Shown here: one piece after another, positions 49,240 to 61,371 of the stretch | How the letters are laid out: every line of letters begins with the position of its first letter | Position numbering within the stretch: the first letter of the stretch is position 1 | NCBI RefSeq assembly: GCF_030144855.1 | Contig: NC_082706.1 | Location: forward strand, 106,516,001 to 106,580,000 | DNA from: Hypanus sabinus | Taxonomy: Eukaryota | DNA length: 64,000 nucleotides | Reading direction: 5' to 3' | Made by a program: the position numbers and the translations under genes | The notes under the pieces: generated by a model | What the model was told of the DNA's origin: nothing | Seen by the model: the letters and a program-made list of their open reading frames with translations, nothing else | The model's database searches: none

Positions 49240-50610
49240 TCTGTGTGTACCTAAATGTTGGTGTGGGGTCACTCTTCCCATCTGGTTGGGCATCCAGGGA
49301 TTCATAAAGAGATGAGTTTCATGGCAGTCTATGTCCCAAGATGTCCACGACTTTGTCTCTGCCTGTCTCATTTGTGCCCAGAACAAGACATCGTATCAGC
49401 TCCCTGCTGGTCTGCTCTACCCTCTGCCTGTGCCTCTCTGCCCCTCGTCCCACCTTTCAGTGGATTTCATCACTGGTCTGTGTCCATCAGATGGGAACAT
49501 TACCATCCTGGTGGTTGTGGACCAGTTCTCTAAAGCAGCCCACTTCATTGCTCTCCCCAAGCTCCCAGTGGATCATGAAACTGCCACCTTCTTGGTTGAG
49601 CTTGTGTTCAGGCTGCACAGCTTCCCTCGGGACATCGGGTCTGATTGAGGAACACAGTTCATGTTCCATTGTTGGAAAGCTTTCAGTTCTCCTTTGGGAA
49701 TCACAGCCAGCCTCTCACCATTTTTCCCACCCCCAATGTAATGGCCAGACTGGAAAAGGGAATGAGGAGCTGGAGATAACCCTGCACGGACTTGTTTCTT
49801 CCAACTCCATGACCTGGAGCTCCCAACTCGTTTCTGCAGAGATTGCCCATAATAAGCTACATTAGCATTCCCCCCTTTGAATGGCAAAATGGATTCCAGC
49901 TGCCGGTCTTCCCAGACCAAGTGATTGACATGGGAGTTCCTGCTGTGAACAGTTGGTAGAAGCTGCAAGCACATGTGGCAATGGGCCAGGGCTTCCCTGA
50001 TGCGCACTTAGAATCAATATGCCCAGCAGGGTGATCAGCTCCTCTGACAGGTGAGGCTTCTCAATCCAGGGAGAGGGCCTGGCTGGTATCTAGAGATCTT
50101 CCTTTGAAAGTTGGGAGCCACAAGGTTGCCCCATGCTATGTGGGACTATTCATGGTGGAGAAGGCTATCAATTGATCTTCCTAGAGACTGTGCCTGCAAT
50201 CATCTGTTAAGATTCACCTAGGATTCCTTATTCGCAGCTCAGACTGGTCACTTCCACCCAGCATGCTCCAGTTACACCCTCCCCCTCCTCTCCCCTTGGT
50301 GGATGGGTCACTCGTCTATGCTGTGCAGCACCACCTGGTGTCTCAGCCAGTGTAGGGCAGGGTCCAGTACCTCGTGGATTAGGAGGGATACGGCCCAGAG
50401 GATCCAGTTTGTGACATCATGGATAAGTCACTCAACCAGGACATCCAGCGGGCACAGGTCTCTGGTGCCTCTGGAGCTGTGCCTCATGGTATGGGGGGGT
50501 GGTGACTCTGCTGTGGAGTCTCGGCTCACTCAAAGGTGGACAGCTGAAAGTGGTCATCAGCAATCTTGCTTGTGAGAAAGCAGTTTGCAGCCAGTTAGGG
50601 TTGAACTGAA
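49240..50610 (+). mobile_element. Gypsy integrase/chromodomain fragment, duplicate of 2770-4200
   Basis: ORF 49331-49648: CLICAQNK zinc-finger end plus SVDFITGL integrase core; high identity to the 2.8-kb copy including flanks. Confidence 0.85.
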
Positions 50611-51415
50611 GTTTTATTTAATTCCCTTAAGTATTGTCGAGTCTTGACTGAAGCACAGCAATGGTGACATTCCCCTGCTTACCTTAGCCCACACTCCAGG
50701 AAAGAAGACTGCAATTTTGATTGACACCTTAAAGAAGCGGTACTAATGTATTATTAAGTTACTGCTTCTGAAGCTCAAAATCAGCGTTAGATTTTTATTT
50801 TGAGTTTAGTTAGCAGCCCTATTAGCTTTGCATTTATTATTTTCCCTTTGTTTTGTACAGTTCTTATTAAAATTCAGTTTACCCAGGGGTCATTGTTGAG
50901 ATCTCTGTTATTAATTATTATGTAAGTCATTTGGATGTGAAAGTATACAGCACAATCTTCACTATACCCCCAAACTTGGTATCTGATCTAGTTTACCATA
51001 TTGTCATTTAAATCATTAATATAAGTGACCTACAACAATGGATCAAGCACCAATTCCTGCAGCACAGCACTAGCCACAAATCTCCAGGTAGAGAGACAAA
51101 AATTAACCACCATTTCTGGCTTCATCCACTAAGCCAACATTAAATCTAACTGATTACTTCATTCTGAATGCCACGAACTTAATCTTTCTGACGAGTCTGC
51201 CATGTAGTAATTCATCAAAGGCCTTTCTAAAGACCACTGCATTCCCTTCATCAAACTTCTTGGTAAACTCCTTAAACAAATCTCTATAAATTAGTTAGAC
51301 ATGACTTACCATGCATAAAGCCATATTGCTTATGTCTTATCGGGTCCTGTCTATCCAAACACTGGTACAGGTACATCCTATCCATGAGAAAACCTTCCGA
51401 TCATTTACCCATGAC

Positions 51416-53526
51416 TATAAAACCTTTTCTAAACTACTTATACCTCAATTATCCGCTGTTTTTTCTGTATCTTTTAAATTAGGAAAACTTCCACAATCCT
51501 TTTATCAAGCAATTATTTTGCTTATTTTGAAGAAAGATAAAAATCCTGCTGAATTTTCCTCCTATAGACCAATCTCCTTACTTAATGTAGATAATAAAAT
51601 TCTGTCTAAAATTTTAGTCTGCAGGCTTGAAAATATTTTACTATTCATTATACGAGAGGATCAGACTGGATTTATTAAAAACCGCTATTCATATTTTAAC
51701 ATTTGGCATTTGTTAAATGTGATGTATTCCCCCTCTAACAAGGTTTCAGAGTGTATATTATCTTTACACGCAGAGAAAGTCTTTGATAGAGTGCAATGGA
51801 ATTACCTATTAAAGACTTTAGAAAAATTTAAATTTGGGCCTAATTTTATTTGTTGGGTTAAACTATTATATCTCTCACCTACAGCTCAGGTTCTTACTAA
51901 TTCTCAACTCTCTAAACCATTTAACCTATATCGAGGTACTAGACAAGGCTGTCCCCTTAGTCCTCTGTTGTTTGCTTTGGCTCTAGAACCTCTAGCCTTA
52001 GCACTCAATAATTCCAAGGATACTACAGGTATCACCCGAGGTAATACTATTCATAAATTTCTTTATATGCAGATGATATTTTACTTTTTATTTCCAATGA
52101 GAATGACTCCTTAGCTTCCACCCTTTCTTTATTCTCTCAATTTAGTTGATTCTCGGGTTATAAGTTGAATTTATATAAAAGCGAATTATTTCCTTTAAAC
52201 AACCTGATACCAATAAACACCAATCATCCATTTAAAATTATGACTAATCAGCTTACTTATCTTGGAATAACTATTACTAAAAATTTTAATCATTTGTATA
52301 AAGCTAATTTTATTCCATTACTGAGTTACCTTAAAAGGCTATTTAGTAAATGGTCTCCTCTTTCTTTATCCTTGTTAGGCCGTATTCATTCTAATAAAAT
52401 TAATGTGTTACCTAAATTCTTATATCGTTTCCATGCATTGCCTATTTTTATTTCGAAGAGATTTTTCGACCCTTTGGACTCAAATGTCTCTTCTTACGTA
52501 TGAAATAATAAACAACTCCGGCTGAACAAAGTCTTTCTTCAAAGGAAAAATAAAGATGGTGGTCTAGCTTTACCTAATTTCAGATTCTATTACTGGGCAA
52601 CTAATATAAGGAATATCCCATTCTGGTCATATTATATCAAGAGGAATGATTGTCCACCATGGACTTCACTAGAAGCTCAATCGGTTAAAAACGCCTCAAT
52701 TATTTCTCTTCTTGGATCTTCTCTTCCTTTACCCTTCAGTAAAATTACTGATAACCCAGTTCTCAAACATACTTTGAGAATCTGGTTGCAATTTAGGAAA
52801 TTTTTTGGTTTGTCTCATTTTTCCCTTTCTAGTCCCATTCTTTGTAATTACTTTTTTCTACCCTCTACTATTGATAAAGTTTTTATAGAATGGAATACAT
52901 TGGGTATTCAACAATTTTTGGATTTATTTGTTGATGGGAACCTAGTGTCATTTGAGCAGTTGTCCATCAAATTTGGTTTACCCCAAACTCATGTTTATGG
53001 TTACCTTCAAATTAGAGATTTTCTGCGTTCTCAATTGGCTACATTTCTTTCAAGTTCAGATAAGAATCTCTTAGATGATATTTTAAATTTGAAACTTTTT
53101 TTTGATGGATCAATCTCTAATATATATAATAAACTGCTTATGTTTAAGCAGCTTTCTTTACGTAATTTTAGGCAAGCTTGGAAACGTGATCTGAATATGC
53201 AAATCTCTGATGAAGATTGGAATGCCATTTTGAGATTAGTGAATAATTCATCTTTTTGCGCTCGCCATTCTTTGCTAAAATTTAAAGTGGTACATACAAC
53301 CTATTTGTCTAAAGAGAAATTATCCCATTTTTATTCTGATATTTCTCCAAATTGTGACAAATGTAATTCAGCCAATGCTTCATTAATTCATATATTTTGG
53401 TTATGTCCCAGCTTTGAAAAACTTTGGAAAGATGTATTTTCTACTTTTTCTCAACTTTTTAACACTAACTTTGAACCTAATCCTCTTACTGCTCTCTTTG
53501 GTATTCTTGGAACTCAAGATATAACT
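51416..53526 (+). mobile_element. Internal L1 ORF2 fragment (RT to Cys-rich C-terminus), with no 5' end and no poly(A)
   Basis: YRPISLLNVDNKIL, RGTRQGCPLSP, LYADD region, CDKCN..ASLIHIFWLC; bounded by a 262-bp direct duplication of host CR1 sequence. Confidence 0.88.
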
Positions 53527-56500
53527 TTACTTCATTCTGAATGCCAAGGACTTAATCTTCTTGATGACTCTGCCATGTAGAAATTCATCAAAGGTCTTTC
53601 TAAAGACCACTGCATTCCCTTCATCAAACTTCTTGATAGCCTCCTTAAAAAAATCTCTATAAATTTGTTAGACATGACTTACCATGCATGAAGCCATATT
53701 GCTTATGTCTTATCAGGCCGTGTCTATCCAAACACTGGTACAGGTACATCCTATCCATGAGAAAACCTTCTGATAATTCACCCATGACGAATGTCAGGTT
53801 CACCAGGCTCTAATTACCTGTTTATTTTTAGAACCATTCTCAAAAGTTAGCAACCCTCCAGTTCTCTGGTACCTCACCCATGGCTAAGGATGTTTTAAGT
53901 ATTACTGCCAGGGCCCACAAGCTTGGAGAAGACACCTTGTCAGGCCTTTGGGATTTATTCTCCCTATATTTGTCTCAAGACACAAGCACCTCCTCTTCTG
54001 TAATCAGAACATGGTCTATGACCTCTACTATTTTGCCAGATTCGATGGTATATGTGTGTGTCCTGAGTAAATGCAAACACAATGAAAAATTTCATATTTT
54101 TCCCCATCTATTTTAGCTCCATGCACACATACCCAACTTGATTTTCAACAGGACCAATTTTGTCCCTTGCTATCCTCTTGCTCCTAACATTCCTATGGAA
54201 CCCTTGGATTCTGGTTCACTTTGTCTACTGGAGCAACTACTTATCCTTTTTCAGCCTTCCCGATCTTTCGCTTGTATTCCCTTGCATGTCTTATATTCCT
54301 CCAGTGCTCCATTTAACACTAGCTGCCTGTACCCAATATGTGTTCCCTTTATCTTTACCAGGTCTTCAATATCACAGGATAAATAAAGTTCCCACAACCT
54401 GCCAGCCTTGTTTCTTATCCTAATAGAAATATAGACACTATGTAATCTCAGTACTTTACTGTTCAAGACTATGCACTTGCCAGCATCTCTTTGTTAGAAA
54501 GCAGCCTATCCCAAATCCATACCAGACAGATTGCTTCTGTTGCCATCAAATTTGTCATCCTCCAGTTCAGAATCTTAACCCGAAAACCAATCCTATCTAA
54601 TCTCCATAATTATTTTGAAGTCTATGGAATTATGAGCACTATATACAAAGTATTTTGCAATCCTTACTTCTGTCACCTGCCCTATCTCATTTCCCAAGAA
54701 GAGAACCAGCATTTGGCTTTCTCTAGTTGGGACCTCTGCATATTGATAATGAAACGTTCCTGAACGCATTTGACAAACTCCATCTTGTCCAGTTCTTTTA
54801 TGTATGGGAGTCCCAATGAATATGCAGAAAGTTAAAATCACCCAATATCTCAACCTGAACAGTAGAGATGCTGCATTTGCTTGAAATCTAGAGTAACACA
54901 TAAAAAGCTCTGCAGGAACTCATGAGGTCATACAAGAATGAAATCATACGAGAATAATTCCAGGAATGAAAGGGTTACCATATGTGGAATGTCTGGCAGC
55001 TCTTGGGCTGTATTCCCTGGAGTTCAAGAGCATGAGGGGATCTTATAGAAATACTCTGTATGTTAACAGGCCTGAACAAATTAGATATGGTAAAGTTATT
55101 TCCCACGGTAAGGGAGTCCAGGACAAAACAGCACAACTTGGCAATTGAAGGAAATCCATTTAAAACAGAGATGCAGAGAAATTACTTTGCTCAGACGGGG
55201 GTAAATCTGTGAAATTTGTTGCCACGAGTGGCTGTGGAGGCCAAGTCACTGGGTGTATTTAAGGCAGAGATAGGTTCTTGATTAGGTAGGGCATTAAAGG
55301 GTATAGGGAGACAGCAGGGGAGTGAGGATGACTGGAAGAATTGGATCAGCCCGTCAATGAGTGGAGATGCAGACTCAATGGGCTGAATGGCCTTCATCTA
55401 CACCTATATCTTATGGTCTTATAGTCTAAAGGTTAGGTTTCCCTGAAAAGGAATAAAGCGTAATCTTTCAGGCCAAAACCTTTCATCAGGACCATTCATG
55501 AGTACTGAGGAAGGGTCTTGGCCAAAAACATTTACTGTTTATTCCTTTCCGTAGTTGCTGTCTTATCTGCTGACTTTCTCTTGCATTTGTTAACCCTCTA
55601 CACCTGGAATGCAATATACCTCCTGTGGTAGGTTACCTCCATAAAACAATCTAAACTGATAACCTTGTTGAGGGTAATGGCCACAGGGGTATTCTGCCAA
55701 TTCCCTTTCCCACTCTTGATGATCACCCAGCTACCTGTTTCTAGCAACATAGGGGTAACAGTCTCTCTGTAACTCCTATCAACCCCTCTTTTTTCTGAAT
55801 GATCTGAAGGCCATAGATCCAATTCCCTAACACAGCTTGTAAAGAGCTGCAACTGGATGCACTTATCACAGGTATAGACATCTCCCTAGCTTCCCACCTC
55901 ATGCAAGAGGAGCACACCACTGCTCTAGGTTCTAAACCCACTGGTCTGTCAGTAGAACAAAAGGGAAAGAAGTTAAATGAACTTCAACTCAGAGATGTTT
56001 ATAAAATTGTGAGGGGTATAAAGGGGTCATCGCCTTTTCCCCAGGATCGGAGAATCCACATCTGAAACAAGGAAATGGGGAAGTGATTTAAAAGAGACCT
56101 AAAAGGTAATTTTTTTATGCAGAGGATAGTGAGCTGCCTGAGGAAGTGGTTGAGATGGGTGCATTTGCAATATTTCAGAGGTATTTGCATGGGCACATGG
56201 AAGGAAAGGGCTTGAAGGGCCACGAGTCAAATGCAGCAGCTAGAACTAGCTGGTTAGCATGTACCATCCGGGCCGAAGTGCCTATATCCAGGCTATGTTA
56301 CTCTGAGGAAGTGGTATGTGTGTGAGGCCAGTTTTCTGTGTTCAGTGTCAGATGTGGGGGTTCCTGGGGTCTCCCAGCCTCCAGGACGGCCATATCTGCA
56401 CCAGGTGTGTCATGCTGCAGTTCCTGAGCGACTGAGTTAGGGACCTAGAGAGGCAGCACGATAACCTTCGCCTGATCATGGAGAGTGAGGAGGAGACAAA

Positions 56501-59500
56501 AAGGAGTTATAGGCAGGTGGTCACACCCAGAGCCACGGAAGACAAACAGGTGGATTACAGTCAGCAGGGGGAAGGGGAAGAGGCAGGTACTAGAGAGTAC
56601 ACCTGTGGCTGTATCCCTTGACAATAAGTTCTCCTGCTTGAGTACTGTTGGGGGAGACAGCCTACCTGGGGGAAGCGGCAGTGGTCATGCCTCTGGCACA
56701 GAGTCTGGCCTTATAGCTCAGAAGGGTAAGGAAGGGAAGAGGAAGATAGTAGTCATAGGGGATTCTAGAGTTAGGGGGTCAGACAGACATGTAATTCTTT
56801 TTTTTGTAATTTATTTTTTTCTTGAAGTTCATGATCAAACAAACATTTCCAAAAGATGTATTTCAGACATTGTACATATATATCATATATATCACAAATC
56901 ATCACAAAGTATTTATCTGAGGTATACTCTTATAGAAAAGAGTGGAAAGAAAAAACAAGCAAAAGGAAAGAACTATGTACAAGTAGGGAGTGACCTTTGT
57001 TTTTACAACAGATGCATTGATTTGTGAGAATAAAATCAGGCCTATGAGGCATTATGTAGTTAAACCATTTTTCCCAGTATGAATCAAATTGTTCCAGCTT
57101 ATGGTTAACAGATGCTGTTATCTTCTCCATTTTGTAAATGTCCATTGTAATTTCCATCCATGTATTTAAATTTAGGCTGTCCTGTGATAACCATTTCCTA
57201 GTAAGAGTCTTTTTAGCAGCAACCAACAGTATATTCATTAAATAGTTATCTCTTCTCAACCATTCTTGAGGTTTATATCCAAAATATATGGTCTTACTCT
57301 CTAAGCGTATTTCACATTTAAAGATGTATTGTAATGCATTGTGTATCCCCCTCCAATAGTTTTTGATAACAGGGCAGTCCCGAAAAATATGATAATGATT
57401 TGCATTTTGATTTCCACAATTTCTCCAGCAAACAGGAAAGTTACTATCATAATGGGATTTCTGAGAGGGTGTAATAAAATATCTTATCAAGTTTTTCCAT
57501 CCAAACTCCCTCCTCCATTTCTGTGAACTAGTACACTTCCATTGATATCTCCATATTGTTGTCCATTTTTCCTCAGATATAATTATCCCTCCTTCCTTCT
57601 CCCATTTTGTTTTAATGTATGAAGTCGAATGTGTTTTAAGATTTGATAACCCTTTATATATGCTTGAAATTATTCTACTACCATTATCTGAATTATATGC
57701 TTTTCTAGAGAGCTCTATCAAGCATGTATTTGTCTTGGTTACATTTTTAAGCATCTTATTAACATATTGTTGCATCTGTGAATACCAATAAAAATCTTGT
57801 TTTTCTAATAAGTGTTTCTCTTTAAGCACTTCAAAACTGAACAGTGTTCCATCTTTCATTATGTTGCAAAGAACTGTTATTCCTTTAGCTGTCCAGTACT
57901 TAAATCTAGCATCCAATTTATTTAGTGTAAAATCCAAGTCATATGCACACCATTTAAGTATTGCAATATCTCCCTCTAGATTATATTCTTTTATAGTAGT
58001 TTTCCATATTTTAAGAGTCATTTTCACCAATGGGTTATCAATAGTATTTATGTACCTTTGCAGGTTATCAGCCAAAATTGCTTGTATGGGGATGGGAAGT
58101 ACCCGCTCCTCAATGTTTTTCCATTGAGCGTCATATGATGGGTTGCACCAACATATCACAGCTCTCAACTGTGCCGCAAAATAATAATCTCTAAGAGAAG
58201 GTAAGCCCATCCTCCCTTTTCCTTTGCTAATTGCAAAGTTTTGAGACGAACTCTAGGACTTTTACCCTGCCAAATATACCTTGATAGCATCTTGTTCCAT
58301 TCATTCAATTGATTTTGATTAATCTCTATTGGTAGGGTCTGAAAGAGGTATAACAGTCTGGGCAGTATATTCATTTTAATAGACTCAGTCCTTGAACTGA
58401 GACAGAAAAAAAGAATCAGGTTCCATCTTGCGACATCTTCCTTAATTTTTTTTATATAAAGGCTGATAATTACATTCTGATAATTTTGCCAAATCTTTGG
58501 GCATAATGATGCCCAAATATTTGAAAGACTGTGTGTGCCATGCCCAGGGGCATCGACTTTCAATTTCTCTTGGTGGGCTATAGTAATATGAAAGTAATTG
58601 GGTTTTATCTATGTTGTTCTTGTATCCTGATAATTGACCATATTATTCAAAGGATTGCATCAATTTAGATAAAGAGTATGTTGGTTGCCTTAGATAGATC
58701 AAAATGTCATCCAATTTATGCTCTGTCCCTTTAATAGTAATTCCCCTGATATCTTTATTTTGTCTGATGTATTGAGCTAATGGTTCCAGATATAACGCGA
58801 AGAGTAATGGTGACCATGCACAACCTTGTCTCGTGCCCCTTTCTAGGGTAAGACTATTTGATAAATATCCATTGATTTTAATCCTAGCAGTAGGATTATC
58901 ATATATCATCTGTATAGTTTTAATAGTTGTGTCTTGGAAACCAAATCTATGTAAAACTCTGTAAAGAAAATCCCAATTAACTGAATCAAATGCTTTTTCA
59001 GTGTCTATGCTTATCACTATTGCTTTGATTTTATTTTTTTGTATATGATCCATAATGTGAAGTGTCCTTCGTATATTGTCTTGCGTCTGGCGTTGTCATA
59101 TAAAACCTGTCTGATCATTACATATCAGTATGGGTAGAAACTCCTCTAATCATTTGGCCATGATGGAGGTAAATAACCTATAATCTACATTAAGAATGGA
59201 TATTGGTCCAAATGATCTGCATTCCATTTTATCCTTGCCTTCTTTCGGTATAGCTGAGATTATCACTTCCTTCCAACTGGATGGCATTTGTGCCTTTTTT
59301 AGAGCCCAGTTCAGTGTGGGGAGTAAAACAGGAATTAACTCATTTTTAAATTCTTTGTACCACTCTACCGTATGCCCATCTGATCCTGGTGACTTGCTTA
59401 ATTTAAGCCTACTAATTGCAGCTTTTAATTCAACTTCAGTTATGTCAGCAGTCATCGTTCTATTTTGTTCTTCGCGTAAAGTGGGTAATTCTAGAGAATT

Positions 59501-60042
59501 CAAGAAGGTGTCAATTTGGGTTATGCTTCCCCCTGGAACTTTGGAATATAGAGTTTTGTAAAGCACTTCAAAAGCTTTTTGAATTTCACTTAGCTTATTT
59601 TTTATCATTTTCATTCTTGGGTCCCTAATTCTATGAACTGTATTTTCTGCTATCTTTTTTTCAGTTTCCACACCAGTATTTTCATATATTTCAATCCACT
59701 TTCATAATGTCTCTGTTTCAGAAACATTAAGTTTTTCCTGATTTCTTGCTTAGCCAAATTATTTATTTCATTCCTAATTCTTTTAATTTCCCCTAATATA
59801 TCCTGTGCCAAATTCAATTTGTGTTTTTTTCTCTTGTTCCTTCAGCCTATTTCATAATTCCTCTAATGTTTTATTCCTATTTTTTTTCTTATATGAAGAT
59901 ATCACTATAACTTTCCCTCTTAAGACAGCCTTCAGAGTATCCCATAAAATGGGAGTTAAAACCTCTCTATTATCATTAAATTCTAAATAGAGACCAATTT
60001 CTTTTTTAATTTGTTCCTTAAAGTATGGATCATTGAGTAGAC

Positions 60043-60167
60043 AACATGAGTGAATCTGCAGATGCTGGAAATAAATAACACAAAATGCTGGCAGAACTCA
60101 GCAGGCCAGACAGCATCTATGCGAGGAGCTAGTGACGACATTTCGGGCTGAAACCCTTCACCAGGAG
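60043..60167. mobile_element. 125-bp short interspersed element inserted in L1 ORF2
   Basis: 13-bp TSD TCATTGAGTAGAC (60030-60042, 60168-60180); related to the repeats at ~20365-20470 and ~45580-45680. Confidence 0.8.
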
Positions 60168-61211
60168 TCATTGAGTAGACTTAAATTTAGTTTCCAAAAA
60201 GTATTCTTTGGTTCTAGGTCAAAATCAACAGATAAATATATAGGTGCATGGTCACTTACATCTGTTGTCCCAATTCCACAGGTGTTTATTTTGTCTTTGT
60301 CTTTTCCAAATGTTATGAAATAGTCTATTCTTGTATATACAGAATGGGGAGCAGAATAATGAGTGTAATCCCTTGTGTCAGGGAAAAGGTCCCTCCCTAT
60401 ATCAATTAAACCAACATCCTCAAAAAGTGTATTAACTTTCTTATGTAAAGATTTTGTTTCATAGGTTTTTCTATTGGAAGAGTCTAAGTTTGGTTGTAAT
60501 TGTAAATTTAAGTCTCCCCCACATATCAGGAGACCTTCTGTTTCCATTACCATAGTATCAGTAATTTTCTGAAAGAAACCAATATCACTTCCCGGGGGTG
60601 CGTATATATTCAGTAGAGTAACTGAATTGCCGTCTATATTCCCCCTGACCAGAATATATCTGCCCTCTTTATCTCCCATTTCGAATAATTTTTTCAAAAT
60701 ATAGCTTACTTGAGATAAGAATAGCAACTCCTCTCCTATGTCCTGATTTATACGAGGAGAAAAACAGATTAGTGAAGCCCATTCTCTTTAGTTTTTTATG
60801 CTCATTATCACTTAAATGAATTTCCTGTAAATATACTACATGGGCTTGTTCTTTTTTCATTTTGGATAAAGTTCTCTTACGTTTGATTGGATTTAATAGC
60901 CCATTGACATTAAAAGAAATTAACTTTACCTTGTCCTTAGCCATCTGTATTTATCTGTCAATGTCCCATTGAAATTAGAATAAAACTTAATCGATCTACT
61001 CCCTGAACAAATAAGAACCAAGAAACGCGAACAATAACAAAAATGGCAAAGAACGTGTGATTCCAAAGCTGGGGTCTCTAGTAGATGACCCTGCGTTGAG
61101 CTAGAGGAAATATCTAGCTGTGGGGGATAACCCCTCCTACATGTGAGTTGAGGGCCCCCATTGCAGTATTCATAAAAGTCAGTGAACAAATCCATTACAC
61201 AGAAAAGATTT

Positions 61212-61371
61212 NNNNNNNNNNNNNNNNNNNNNNNNNNNNNNNNNNNNNNNNNNNNNNNNNNNNNNNNNNNNNNNNNNNNNNNNNNNNNNNNNNNNNNNNN
61301 NNNNNNNNNNNNNNNNNNNNNNNNNNNNNNNNNNNNNNNNNNNNNNNNNNNNNNNNNNNNNNNNNNNNNNN
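61212..61371. other. Assembly gap (160 N)
   Basis: Run of N bases. Confidence 0.99.
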
